This document shows, in pieces, positions 29,388-38,872 of a stretch of DNA of 64,000 nucleotides; within the stretch, counting starts at the first letter, position 1; each line of letters starts with the position of its first letter. The stretch spans positions 2,117 to 66,116 of the forward strand of contig CAJKEB010000004.1 of NCBI GenBank assembly GCA_905198865.1, written 5' to 3'. Source of the DNA: an uncultured Eubacteriales bacterium. GTDB lineage: Bacteria; Bacillota; Clostridia; Monoglobales; Monoglobaceae. The notes under the pieces are model-generated. The model was given only the letters and a program-made list of their open reading frames with translations. It had not been told where the DNA came from and searched no databases. A program made the position numbers and the translations under genes.

Positions 29388-29888
29388 TTAAAATATCTTT
29401 GATTTATACTTATTAAGCAGCGGAATAAATATAGCCGACGCTGCAACGCTCATAAGCCACTGTATGGGCGATGAAATAAAGACAACAGCGGCAGTCTCAA
29501 GACCAAACATAGGAATTTCAGCAATAAAATACCCTAAAGTTACGATTAACAACGCTGCTGCAGCTGCAATAATAAATCTAATCAAGCTGAAGTTTTCGTA
29601 GAGGATTTTTCCGATTACAAATCCCATAATTCCTTTGATAATAAATGTAGCTATTGCGAATATAACATAACCGCTCAACAAATCAGCCAAAGAATGTCCG
29701 ATTGCTCCGACAAACGCTCCGGCAATCGGTCCCATAAATGCGGCAGTCACATATATAATGCTGTCGCCGAAATGTACATATCCTCCCGTTCCCGTAGGGA
29801 TTTGCGGAACCATCGTAAGCACACATGCAAGAGCCGTCAGCATTCCGATTCTGACAAAGTCTTTAGTAGTCATTTTTGTTTTTTTCAT
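29388..29888 (-). CDS. ECF transporter S component
   Basis: GMLTALACV, IPTGTGGYVHFGD, GAIGHSLADL.SGY; hydrophobic. Confidence 0.85.
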   Translation of the reverse strand: MKKTKMTTKDFVRIGMLTALACVLTMVPQIPTGTGGYVHFGDSIIYVTAAFMGPIAGAFVGAIGHSLADLLSGYVIFAIATFIIKGIMGFVIGKILYENFSLIRFIIAAAAALLIVTLGYFIAEIPMFGLETAAVVFISSPIQWLMSVAASAIFIPLLNKYKSKIF

Positions 29889-29925
29889 TAAGTAATAACA
29901 TCTCCGTTTTTAATATCTGTCTTAA

Positions 29926-29954
29926 ATCTTACCACATATGTTGTTTTATGTCAA
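29926..29954 (-). promoter_or_regulatory. SigA promoter of the ECF S gene
   Basis: TTGACA-17-TAAGAT with TGn. Confidence 0.6.
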
Positions 29955-29959
29955 ATAAA

Positions 29960-30178
29960 TTATTGTGACATTAATAGAATTGTCGTCCATGTCAGATAAT
30001 CAACTTTGCCGGTTACAGGTATACCCGAAATGTTCTGCACGTCTCTGACCGCCTCGGCTGTCTCGGGTCCAAATATACTGTCAGGGTTTATCAAAGGTAT
30101 ATTATGATTTAACGATATCCGTCGCAGCATAGACTGAAGTTCAAATATATTATTTCTGATGTCATATATTGATGTCAT
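29960..30178 (-). CDS. Small single peptidoglycan-binding-domain protein
   Basis: LQSMLR..DSIFGPETAEAVRDVQ...IPVTGKVDYLTW; ATGA overlap with the upstream gene. Confidence 0.75.
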   Translation of the reverse strand: MTSIYDIRNNIFELQSMLRRISLNHNIPLINPDSIFGPETAEAVRDVQNISGIPVTGKVDYLTWTTILLMSQ

Positions 30179-31590
30179 GCTGATCCCTCCTCAGACATTA
30201 CATATCCCGGAAATTGTCCTTCTGATTTCATGCCGCCGTTTACTAAATCTGCATATAATCTCGCAATACTGTTCCAAGTTTCCGGACCGACCACTCCTCT
30301 GGCTTCCAGTCCAAAGAGATTTTGATAAGCCAAAACCGCTTCCTCAGTATCATTGCCGAAATATCCCGTTACCGCAACCTTGGGAATTTCATTATACACA
30401 TCGGATATTGTCGATAAATATGTTTGAAGCGTTCTTACACTTTCACCGGATGAACCTCTATATAATACTTCACCCGGATACGGAGTTATGCTCATTCCAA
30501 GATAATCCGGCGGGAGCGTATTCAGAATAGAAAAATACAGTTCATACATGCTGTCCCATGTCTCCCTGTTTACCGTGCCCGTAATAGGCAATCCGTATGC
30601 CTGCTGATATGCACGGACGGCATTTTCAGTGCCGGGGCCGAATACTCCATCAATCTGAATGCTCGGAATAAAATCGTTAAATGTAGCTATAAAGTCAAGG
30701 TAAAACTGTATTACTCTGATATTGGGGCCGACGTCGCCAAGCTGCGCATAATTTGTATATTGTTTGGTAATAAATTCAATATCAATCGCCTCAGCATCAA
30801 GTTCGGACAATTTCTTTACAGCAGTATATATTCTGAACATCTTGTACCAAGTTGCCTTTCCAACGATTCCGTCAGCAGTCAGATTAAAAATCCTCTGGAA
30901 GGCTTTAACTGCGTCTTCGGTTATAACGTCAAAATAACCGTCGGGAAAAGCAATCTTAGGTATTGCGGGATAGTTTCTTGAAATGATATTAAGCATAATC
31001 TGGAATCGTTTGACATCAAATCCTGAATCCCCAATTTTGAGCGGAGTTCCGGGATAAATATCTCGGTATTCGCCGTATGTCAAGCCGTCAACAATAACTA
31101 TGTCATCACCGTAGTAGTATCTTAAAATCTCAATCGGCGAGTAGCCCTGATTAGCCAGATCTACTGTTCCCCACTGTGAAAGTCCGCCCGGACAGAGAGA
31201 GGTTGTTCCGTTGCAATATCTTGGATAAATAGGATTTTGCTGACCTTCTCTGGTAATATATCCGTTAAAAATTTCATCAACTATCTGGCTTATATTTTCA
31301 AAGAAATCTCTTCCGTTAACAAACGCCTGATCATATGCTTCAAGGTTAGTAATATCAAAATTATATCCCTGAGCGCGGTAATGAAACGTATAAAGCCTGT
31401 TAAGTATAAAAGTTATTTGTGCGTATATGTTTGCAATCAACGCATTTCTTGGCCATGTCGGGTAAATCTCGCTTGAAGCAACATTCTTTATATAATCTGT
31501 AAACTGAACAGTAACATTTTGTGCGCTTGAATCACTGGGTGCACCGAGATGTACAACAACTGTATTAGGTATAGGTACCATTGTCTCCAA
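30175..31590 (-). CDS. sleC: SleC-like spore cortex-lytic enzyme: catalytic SpoIID/LytB domain and three PG-binding repeats, no pre/pro region
   Basis: VVVHLGAP, YIKNVASSEIYPTWP, DQAF, YCNG...CPGGLSQWG; three DG.FG..T..AV.A(F/Y)Q repeats; likely TTG start at 31590 after GGAGGTGA. Confidence 0.8.
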   Translation of the reverse strand: METMVPIPNTVVVHLGAPSDSSAQNVTVQFTDYIKNVASSEIYPTWPRNALIANIYAQITFILNRLYTFHYRAQGYNFDITNLEAYDQAFVNGRDFFENISQIVDEIFNGYITREGQQNPIYPRYCNGTTSLCPGGLSQWGTVDLANQGYSPIEILRYYYGDDIVIVDGLTYGEYRDIYPGTPLKIGDSGFDVKRFQIMLNIISRNYPAIPKIAFPDGYFDVITEDAVKAFQRIFNLTADGIVGKATWYKMFRIYTAVKKLSELDAEAIDIEFITKQYTNYAQLGDVGPNIRVIQFYLDFIATFNDFIPSIQIDGVFGPGTENAVRAYQQAYGLPITGTVNRETWDSMYELYFSILNTLPPDYLGMSITPYPGEVLYRGSSGESVRTLQTYLSTISDVYNEIPKVAVTGYFGNDTEEAVLAYQNLFGLEARGVVGPETWNSIARLYADLVNGGMKSEGQFPGYVMSEEGSA

Positions 31591-31625
31591 AAAAATCACC
31601 TCCGTGTTAAAGGCTGATACTATAG

Positions 31626-32459
31626 CTATTCTTGATTTTCACGATTTGGTATAAGCGAAATATTTTGAATTGATTCGATCTTATCAAATACCATTGCGGT
31701 TTGGGGACGACTGCTTGACGTATACCCCTCTATCTCACTGAGAATGTTATATACCGCATATGGTCTGAATGTGCTCTGAGGCTGCTGAGAAAAAAATAGA
31801 GACGGAGCCGGCAAAAATACAGGCTCGGTTCTGCCGCTTGAATTGGTGTATCTTACCTCGTTAATGCTTTCGGTTTGAGGTTCATTTGATGTAATTGTAA
31901 TTTTGACATTTTCTATCGGCAGAGCTTGATCAGCCGTAAACGCCTGTATAATCAGACTGCCTTGACCGGTAAACGGCTTTTGTTTGGTTTGCTCTCCGCC
32001 GTCTGTTGTTGGAGTAAACAGTTCATACTGATCATTATTGCTGCTGACGTTATTATTGCCGCTGTTGTAGTTATTATAAACATTTACATTTCTGTCGGAA
32101 CCGGTTTGCAGACCTTCGGCTAATTCTTTGTTAAAAGTTTCAGCCATTATGTTATTCTTATTTATATTGTCATGAATTTCTTTATGCGCCGAACTTTGAT
32201 TATTTAAATTTAAACTATTATCAGACTCCTGTGATTTATTATCATTAACAGGATATAACGGATTGTTTGAAGATGTGTTCTCATTGCTTTGATTGTTGTT
32301 TTCAGATAAATTATTTGCTTCTGTACTGTTATTCTGTCGGTTATTTGTCATACTTCGGTTACGGTTGATTACCGGGATTTGTTCTGCCGGACGAGAGGTG
32401 TTAGTTTTAGAATCCTCTTCCGGCACGCCGGACATAAAACCGCTGAAATACTTGTTCAT
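31626..32459 (-). CDS. N/S/Q-rich protein ending in a SleC pre/pro-like (carboxypeptidase-regulatory-like) domain
   Basis: Low-complexity N-terminal ~160 aa, then GQGSLIIQAFTA..ALPIENVKITI...TNSSGRT..V.LPAP...RPYAVYNI...QNISLIP. Confidence 0.65.
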   Translation of the reverse strand: MNKYFSGFMSGVPEEDSKTNTSRPAEQIPVINRNRSMTNNRQNNSTEANNLSENNNQSNENTSSNNPLYPVNDNKSQESDNSLNLNNQSSAHKEIHDNINKNNIMAETFNKELAEGLQTGSDRNVNVYNNYNSGNNNVSSNNDQYELFTPTTDGGEQTKQKPFTGQGSLIIQAFTADQALPIENVKITITSNEPQTESINEVRYTNSSGRTEPVFLPAPSLFFSQQPQSTFRPYAVYNILSEIEGYTSSSRPQTAMVFDKIESIQNISLIPNRENQE

Positions 32460-32478
32460 ATATATCACACTCCTGCAA

Positions 32479-32507
32479 TATATTATGCAGAGGTAAAAAA
32501 TATGTGT
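32479..32507 (-). promoter_or_regulatory. SigK-type promoter of the split sleC operon
   Basis: AC-N16-CATAATATA on the minus strand (consensus AC-N16-CATAnnnTA). Confidence 0.5.
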
Positions 32508-32514
32508 TTGACTA

Positions 32515-33579
32515 TTAAAGTATAATTAAATCTTTGGTTAAATTTGTGAGATTTTCGATTCCATCCTCCTTTACGCAGACAAGATCCTCTATTCTCACTC
32601 CGCAAAAACCATAAATGTAAATACCCGGTTCACATGATACAACCATATTTTCCTCAAGTATTATATCGGATTTGGGCGATAAATTCGGCAATTCATGAAT
32701 TAAAAGACCGACTCCGTGACCGAGTGAATGACCAAAAAACTCACCGTAACCTTTATCTTCAATATATTTTCTTGCCGCATCGTCCGGAACTTTGCCCGGT
32801 ATACCGCTCTTTAACGTATCTAAGCCTATCTGCTGCGCCTGCTTTACGGTTTCGTATATTTCCTTTTGTTGTTTAACCGGCTCTCCGACTGCAACGGTTC
32901 TGGTCATATCAGAGCAATAGCCCTTGTATTTGCATCCAAAATCCATTAATACAAAATCACCGCTTTCAAATCTGCGTTCGCCCGGCATACCATGCGGAAG
33001 TGCGGTTCTCTCAGCCGAAAGCACTATTGTGTCAAAAGATGTGCCGTCCGCTCCCTGCTTTTTCATATAGTATTCAAGCTCTGCGGCAATATCACGCTCA
33101 GCCACACCTGCTTTGATATATTTAAGCACATGATTAAAGGCGTCAACACCGATTTGTTCTGCATGCCGTATAAGCTCAAGCTCATCATCTGTTTTAATCA
33201 TTCTGAGGCGTTCGATTTCGCCTGATTTCGGAATAAATTCAAATTTATTCAAAGTGTTGGTATAGTTCTTATAGGCCGATACAGTAGTATATTCATCCTC
33301 AAACAGAATATATTTTATATTGCTGAGTTCAAGCTTTTCGCAGATTATTTTTAGAAGAGGCATCTTTATATTATATTCTATAACTTCAAATCCCGGCAAA
33401 GCCTCTTCCTTTGCAATGCCGGTATATCTTGAATCAACAAAAATATAAGCTGTCTTATCACAAATCAGAACAACGCCTTCGCCGCCGGAAAAACCGCTGA
33501 AATACCGCATATTATGCGGTGATGTCAGCATCACTGCGGTATCACCCGATAAATTCAGTTTTTCAAAAATATTCCTCAT
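32515..33579 (-). CDS. Xaa-Pro aminopeptidase (M24B)
   Basis: DFGC.Y.GYCSDMTRT, HSLGHGVGL.IHE, EPGIY, GVRIED. Confidence 0.92.
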   Translation of the reverse strand: MRNIFEKLNLSGDTAVMLTSPHNMRYFSGFSGGEGVVLICDKTAYIFVDSRYTGIAKEEALPGFEVIEYNIKMPLLKIICEKLELSNIKYILFEDEYTTVSAYKNYTNTLNKFEFIPKSGEIERLRMIKTDDELELIRHAEQIGVDAFNHVLKYIKAGVAERDIAAELEYYMKKQGADGTSFDTIVLSAERTALPHGMPGERRFESGDFVLMDFGCKYKGYCSDMTRTVAVGEPVKQQKEIYETVKQAQQIGLDTLKSGIPGKVPDDAARKYIEDKGYGEFFGHSLGHGVGLLIHELPNLSPKSDIILEENMVVSCEPGIYIYGFCGVRIEDLVCVKEDGIENLTNLTKDLIIL

Positions 33580-33593
33580 ACCATAAATCCCCT

Positions 33594-34478
33594 TTAGATT
33601 CTGCTTAAAAATTCTCTGTACATGTTTTGCATATAAACAGCGTCAGCAGTTTGTGTGCCGGCAGATTCGCAGATAATTCTCGGAGTCAGATTTCTCTCTG
33701 CTATAAGCTCCGCAATCGGCTCAAAGTCCGGCTCGTACTCCTTTTCTGCCATTGTATGGTGTTTCTTTTCGCCGGCTCTTGTGTATTCAATTCTTGAATA
33801 GTGTGCATGAAAATTCTTAGCACGGTATTCGCCGAGCTTATTATAAATTTTGTCAAATATTTCTGCTATTGCGTCTTTTGTATTATACTTTCCAAGTGAC
33901 ATGGCATTAACATGACCGAAGTCAATAGTCGGAATTATTCTCTCATCGATAAGACAAAGCTTTATAACTTCGTCTATGTTTCCAAGCTGCTTTACTTTTC
34001 CCATGGTTTCAGGACATAAATGTATATTTCCGTATCCTTTTTGGTCAGCCGCTTTAACTGCGCGTTTTAAAGTATCTGTTGCCAGAGCCAAGGCTTCTGC
34101 TCTGGTGATTTTGCCGCAGGAGCCGGAATGAATTACTATACGGTCAGCGCCCATATGCTTTGCGGCGTTTAACGTTGAAAGAATATAGTTTATACTGTTG
34201 TCTCTTTTTTCTTCCTCAGTAGATGAAAGGCTTATATAATACGGCGCGTGAACAGAGAGCCTTATATTCTTTTCTTTTGCGAGCTTTCCGAAATCCTGAG
34301 CCGAATCGTCCGAAATCTTCACACCTCGTCCACATTGGTACTCAAATGCAGAAAGATTGTTTTTTTCAAGCCAATCAGGAACCTGATATACGCTGCGGTT
34401 GCCCGCTTCGTAAAAGTCCTCGGAATTTCCGGCAGGGCCGAACAGAGCGAATTCTTCTATATTATTTTTCATGTTCAT
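33594..34478 (-). CDS. Endonuclease IV-like TIM-barrel protein
   Basis: SVHAPYYISL, VIHSG, PETMGK, DFGH, HYS, ICES. Confidence 0.82.
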   Translation of the reverse strand: MNMKNNIEEFALFGPAGNSEDFYEAGNRSVYQVPDWLEKNNLSAFEYQCGRGVKISDDSAQDFGKLAKEKNIRLSVHAPYYISLSSTEEEKRDNSINYILSTLNAAKHMGADRIVIHSGSCGKITRAEALALATDTLKRAVKAADQKGYGNIHLCPETMGKVKQLGNIDEVIKLCLIDERIIPTIDFGHVNAMSLGKYNTKDAIAEIFDKIYNKLGEYRAKNFHAHYSRIEYTRAGEKKHHTMAEKEYEPDFEPIAELIAERNLTPRIICESAGTQTADAVYMQNMYREFLSRI

Positions 34479-34976
34479 TTATATACACCTCTTAAGTATT
34501 ATTCTTTCAAGATAACGCTTTAAGTGAACAAACCAATCCTCTTTATCAGAAATAGCTTTCACAAACACAGTATACATTTTCATTCGCTTTCCGCCGTAAA
34601 TATCGGTAAAAAGCTGGTCACCAACAAGAGCAGTGTTTTCCGGCTTGACCTTCATCATATTACACGCCTCGGTAAGATAACGTTTTCTTGGTTTCAGAGC
34701 CTTTGCAAAGTAAGGCTCGTCCAAAGACTCCGCAAATTTCTTAACACGATCTTGATTATTATTTGACACCAAAAAAGTTTTTAATCCCTGTTGGTGAAGC
34801 AAATCAAACCATTTAATTGTGTGTTCGGGAGCAACAGCGTCATCGTATGTAACCAGAGTATTGTCAATATCAAATATTAAAGCCTTTATACCGAGTGATT
34901 TAATCATATCCAAATCAAGATTATATATATCGTCAATAAATATATCGGGCTTGAACATATCTTCAAGTATACTCAT
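34479..34976 (-). CDS. yqeG: YqeG-family HAD IIIA phosphatase
   Basis: FDIDNTLV, VSNN, KP, VGDQLFTDIYGG; ATG 34976 after GGAGG. Confidence 0.9.
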   Translation of the reverse strand: MSILEDMFKPDIFIDDIYNLDLDMIKSLGIKALIFDIDNTLVTYDDAVAPEHTIKWFDLLHQQGLKTFLVSNNNQDRVKKFAESLDEPYFAKALKPRKRYLTEACNMMKVKPENTALVGDQLFTDIYGGKRMKMYTVFVKAISDKEDWFVHLKRYLERIILKRCI

Positions 34977-34990
34977 AAAACAGCCTCCGT

Positions 34991-35027
34991 AAAATAAAAG
35001 GGCCGAGAAAACCTCGACCCCAAATTT
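34991..35027 (-). terminator. Intrinsic terminator downstream of the rpsU 3' region
   Basis: Minus strand GGGGTCGAGG-TTT-TCTCGGCCCT followed by TTTATTTT. Confidence 0.65.
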
Positions 35028-35030
35028 TAA

Positions 35031-35152
35031 ATTAACATTCAAAATTAGTATAATATAATTATGTTTATACAAAGTCTAAACATCAGCTTTTCGCAGCCTG
35101 CTAACACTCAAGCCGGATATTTAAGCAAATAATTAAGACAAGGAATGTCAAT
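35031..35152 (-). ncRNA. Candidate long rod-like RNA structure in the rpsU 3' region
   Basis: Three nested helices (35031-40/35143-52, 35056-62/35129-35, 35076-89/35110-24); mismatches read as G-U only on the minus strand. Confidence 0.35.
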
Positions 35153-35165
35153 AACAGAAAGCAAA

Positions 35166-35339
35166 TTAATACTTACGCTTTCTGGCAGCCTCGGATTTCT
35201 TCTTGCGTCTTACGCTGGGCTTTTCGTAATGTTCTCTCTTTCTAACCTCAGATAAAACACCGGCCTTAGCACAAGAACGCTTAAAGCGACGAAGCGCACT
35301 GTCAAGCGACTCATTTTCCTTAACTCTGATTTCTGCCAT
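35166..35339 (-). CDS. rpsU: 30S ribosomal protein S21
   Basis: [45 protein letters not shown]. Confidence 0.97.
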   Translation of the reverse strand: MAEIRVKENESLDSALRRFKRSCAKAGVLSEVRKREHYEKPSVRRKKKSEAARKRKY

Positions 35340-35402
35340 TTTTACTTCCCTCCCTCCGAGTATTATACAACACTTAGAAGTCAAAAAAATTCTACTCGAA
35401 CA

Positions 35403-35431
35403 ATTATACTCGTAATATTACTTCCTGTCAA
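35403..35431 (-). promoter_or_regulatory. SigA promoter of rpsU
   Basis: TTGACA-17-TATAAT. Confidence 0.8.
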
Positions 35432-35576
35432 GTGCTTTATGCAGATTTTTTAATTTTTTGTTGAATAAGTCATTCAGATAGATTCACAAGTCTAAAATCA
35501 AAAATTATTTTTTTAAATCTTTACTTGCATGATTTAATGTGTTATAATAAAACAATTAGATTTTGGAGGTGAAATA

Positions 35577-36506
35577 ATGCCGATTAAAGTTACAGACAAT
35601 CTACCCGCAATAGAAACTTTAAACAGCGAGAACATTTTCGTAATGACAGAAACACGAGCTATTACGCAGGAAATAAGACCTCTTGAGATATTAATATTAA
35701 ATCTGATGCCAAAAAAGATTGAGACTGAAACCCAACTTTTAAGAGTTCTCGGTAACACTCCTCTTCAGATAAATGTAAGCTTTATGCACACCAAGAGTTA
35801 TGAGTCAAAAAATACATCAAAAAGCCATATAGAAACTTTTTATGATACGTTTGACAGTTATAAAAACAGAAAGTTTGACGGTTTGATTATTACCGGCGCG
35901 CCGGTTGAACATATGGAATTTGAAGATGTCAGCTACTGGGAAGAACTGTGCGAAATTATGGAATGGTCAAAAACAAACGTTACCTCTACATTTCACATAT
36001 GCTGGGGAGCCCAGGCCGGACTATACTATCACTACGGAATTCCGAAGCATTTTATGGATAAAAAGGTATTCGGCGTTTTCAAGCATTACGTTGTTCCGGA
36101 GAAAAAGCATAAGATACTGCTCCGCGGGTTTGACGATACGTTTTGGGCGCCCCATTCACGACATACCGAAACTCGCGAAGAGGATATTATCAAGGTTCCG
36201 GAGCTTGAAATACTGGCAAAATCAGACCAAGCCGGCGTATATATAATCACAGCAAAGAGCGAACGTCAGTTCTTTATTACCGGTCATTCTGAATATGACA
36301 ACGTCACGCTTGCAAACGAATATTTTCGTGACAGGGAAAAGGGTCTTGATATTGAGATTCCGGAGAATTATTTTCCCGGCAACGACCCGACTCAAGAACC
36401 TCCGGTCACGTGGCGTTCACATGCGAACCTGCTGTATTCGAACTGGCTGAATTATTTTGTTTACCAGACCACGCCGTATGATATTAACAAAATCAATAAG
36501 CAATAA
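35577..36506 (+). CDS. metA: Homoserine O-acyltransferase, MetA family (probably acetyl-CoA specific)
   Basis: ILNLMP.K..TE, ITGAPVE, ICWGAQ, PHSR, GHSEYD, NWLNY. Confidence 0.94.
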   Translation: MPIKVTDNLPAIETLNSENIFVMTETRAITQEIRPLEILILNLMPKKIETETQLLRVLGNTPLQINVSFMHTKSYESKNTSKSHIETFYDTFDSYKNRKFDGLIITGAPVEHMEFEDVSYWEELCEIMEWSKTNVTSTFHICWGAQAGLYYHYGIPKHFMDKKVFGVFKHYVVPEKKHKILLRGFDDTFWAPHSRHTETREEDIIKVPELEILAKSDQAGVYIITAKSERQFFITGHSEYDNVTLANEYFRDREKGLDIEIPENYFPGNDPTQEPPVTWRSHANLLYSNWLNYFVYQTTPYDINKINKQ

Positions 36507-36513
36507 ACTATTT

Positions 36514-36560
36514 TAATTGCATCTGTTTAATTCTTCTTTAAGCAGATGCAATTAGTTTTT
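36514..36560 (+). terminator. Intrinsic terminator of metA
   Basis: TAATTGCATCTGTTTAA/TTAAGCAGATGCAATTA stem plus GTTTTT. Confidence 0.75.
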
Positions 36561-36675
36561 ATAATAAAAAATCAGTAATTTTATTTTAATATTAAAATCG
36601 GTGTTTGAAAATAACCGATATAAATTTTTATATATTCAATAATGGACTATCTGTTTTAGCCCATCAGATTAAAAT

Positions 36676-36788
36676 TGTGGATAACTTTGAAAAAATGTAA
36701 AAAATACACTTATCAACAATATTTATTGGTGGATAATGTGAATAACTCGGTTGATAACTGTATATTAGGGACTTTTTAAAGTGGAGAA
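36676..36788. promoter_or_regulatory. DnaA-box cluster
   Basis: TGTGGATAA 36676 (perfect), TTATCAACA 36710, GGTGGATAA 36728, TGTGAATAA 36737, GGTTGATAA 36749, AGTGGAGAA 36780. Confidence 0.75.
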
Positions 36789-36920
36789 CAAGCTTTTGAC
36801 AGAAATATTTTTGTATTCATTCAGTAATGTTTTTGAAATATCATTCGCAGTAAATACAATTACGAAATGATAAATTCACAAAAATTGAATTTTCAAATTA
36901 CTGAAATTTTGTCACTGCAA

Positions 36921-37526
36921 TTATTTATCATCCAGCTTTTTCTTTATTCTCTGCAAGGCGTTATCTATTGATTTTTCAGGCTTGTCAATTATTTCGGCTA
37001 TTTCGCGGTATGACATACCTTCAAGATGAAGAATAAGCACGCTTTTTTCGAGTTTACTGAGTTTGGTTTCGATTTCTTTTTCTATATCGCTCAGCTTCTC
37101 TCTCATAATATATAATTTTTCAGGGTCAACAGAGTGACGTTCGGAAACAGTTTCAATTAAAGTACGTTCACTGTCATCGTCGTATACAGGAGTATTTAAG
37201 GAAATATAGGTATTAAGCGGCTGATGCTTTTGCCTGTCTGCTGTCTTTATAGCAGTGAAAATCTGGCGCTTAATACATAACTCGGCAAAGCTGTGAAACG
37301 AGACGTCTTTATCAATGTCAAAATCACGGATTGCCTTAAAAAGACCGATCATTCCTTCTTGCACCAAATCGTCATTATCGCCGCCGACTAAAAAATACGC
37401 TTTAGCTCTTGCTCTGACAAGATTTTTATATTTGTTAAGCAGATACTCCTCTGCTTCTCTGCCATCGTTTTTATGTGCAAGAAAAACGAGTTCCTCATCT
37501 GTTAGATTTTCAAATTTATTATTCAC
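36921..37526 (-). CDS. sigH: RNA polymerase sigma factor SigH
   Basis: KYKNLVRARAKAYFLVGGD.DDLVQEGMIGLFKAIRDF, RQKHQPLNTYISL, KSIDNALQR; likely GTG start 37526. Confidence 0.95.
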   Translation of the reverse strand: MNNKFENLTDEELVFLAHKNDGREAEEYLLNKYKNLVRARAKAYFLVGGDNDDLVQEGMIGLFKAIRDFDIDKDVSFHSFAELCIKRQIFTAIKTADRQKHQPLNTYISLNTPVYDDDSERTLIETVSERHSVDPEKLYIMREKLSDIEKEIETKLSKLEKSVLILHLEGMSYREIAEIIDKPEKSIDNALQRIKKKLDDK

Positions 37527-37580
37527 AGTCACATATCTCCAATTCAAAATACACAGTATTAATCACTCATTAAATAAGAT

Positions 37581-37612
37581 AAAAGGCTGTCTCACAAAAG
37601 CAAGACAGCCTG
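37581..37612 (-). terminator. Intrinsic terminator of pta-ackA
   Basis: AGGCTGTCT...AGACAGCCT plus TTT. Confidence 0.7.
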
Positions 37613-37630
37613 AAAATCTTTGTTAACTAT

Positions 37631-38824
37631 TTAGCCGACCAACGCCAAAGTTTCTCTAGCAATAGCAAGTTCTTCGTTAGTAGGAATAACCATAACCTTA
37701 ACCTTGCTGTCAGGTGTTGAGATATAAGTTTCTGTTCCTCTGACACCGTTTTTCTCTTCATCGATTGTTATTCCAAGGAATCCGAGATATTCGCATATCT
37801 TCTTTCTTGTATCGCAGTCATTTTCGCCGATACCGCCGGTAAATGTTATTGCGTCAACGCCGTTCATTGCAGCTGTATAAGAGCCTATGTATTTTGCAAC
37901 ACGATAAATAAACGCGTCAAGAGCTATCTGAGCTCTTTCGTTGCCATCGGCAGCAGCTGCCGATAAATCGCGGAAGTCGCTGGACACACCGGAAATACCA
38001 AGAACACCGGACTTTTTGTTAAGCACATTAAGAACTTCGTCCACAGTCATGTTTTCGTTATTTGCAATGAACTGTACAACAGCAGGATCAAGATCACCGC
38101 TTCTTGTACCCATAATCAGACCTTCAAGAGGCGTCAGACCCATACTTGTATCAACGCACTTTCCGCCGATTGAAGCAGAAACACTTGCGCCGTTGCCAAG
38201 GTGGCATACGATTACCTTGCAGTTATCCTTGTCAAGGTCGGCAAACTCTATTGTTCTGCCCGATACAAACTTATGGCTTGTGCCGTGGAAGCCGTACTTT
38301 CTGATACTGTACTTCTCATAGTATTCATAAGGAATTGCGTACATGTACGCCTTTGAAGTCATGCTTTGACCAAAAGCGGTATCAAACACTGCAACCTGCG
38401 GCGTGCCGGGCATAGCATCTTCACACGCTTCAATGCCGATAAGGTTTGCGGGATTATGAAGAGGTCCGAGCGGGAAGCAGTCTTTTACAACTTTCTTTAC
38501 ATCGTCGGTTACTATAACCGAGTCGCTGTAATACTGTCCTGCGTGAAGAACTCTGTGACCTACTGCTGCAATATCATTGATGTCAGAAATCACACCGTGC
38601 TCGCTGTCTACAAGTGCGTCAAGAACCATCTTTACAGCCGTCTTATGAGTAGGCATAGGCTTTTCTTCAACATATTTCTCCTTGCCTTCAGGTGAGTGTG
38701 TAAGCTTTGAGCCTTCTATACCTATTCTCTCACAAAGACCTTTAGCCAATACTTCCTCAGTATCTGTTTCAATGAGCTGATATTTGAGTGATGAACTGCC
38801 GGCATTAATTACCAAAACTTTCAT
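37631..38824 (-). CDS. ackA: Acetate kinase
   Basis: INAGSSSLKY, GHRV.H, PLHNP, YGFHGTSH, MGLTPLEG, TGGIGEN, TNEE. Confidence 0.97.
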   Translation of the reverse strand: MKVLVINAGSSSLKYQLIETDTEEVLAKGLCERIGIEGSKLTHSPEGKEKYVEEKPMPTHKTAVKMVLDALVDSEHGVISDINDIAAVGHRVLHAGQYYSDSVIVTDDVKKVVKDCFPLGPLHNPANLIGIEACEDAMPGTPQVAVFDTAFGQSMTSKAYMYAIPYEYYEKYSIRKYGFHGTSHKFVSGRTIEFADLDKDNCKVIVCHLGNGASVSASIGGKCVDTSMGLTPLEGLIMGTRSGDLDPAVVQFIANNENMTVDEVLNVLNKKSGVLGISGVSSDFRDLSAAAADGNERAQIALDAFIYRVAKYIGSYTAAMNGVDAITFTGGIGENDCDTRKKICEYLGFLGITIDEEKNGVRGTETYISTPDSKVKVMVIPTNEELAIARETLALVG

Positions 38825-38872
38825 TATGTTTTACCCTCCGAATTAATATAAATTTAAAAATAAAGCGATATC

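Noticed and set aside
31980..32400. Tandem repeat or array in the Asn-rich stretch
   Set aside because: Low-complexity coding sequence with no fixed repeat unit; not CRISPR-like.
36560..36920. oriC
   Set aside because: No dnaA/dnaN/gidA/rpmH nearby, no change in gene polarity and no DnaA-trio run. Kept only as a DnaA-box cluster.
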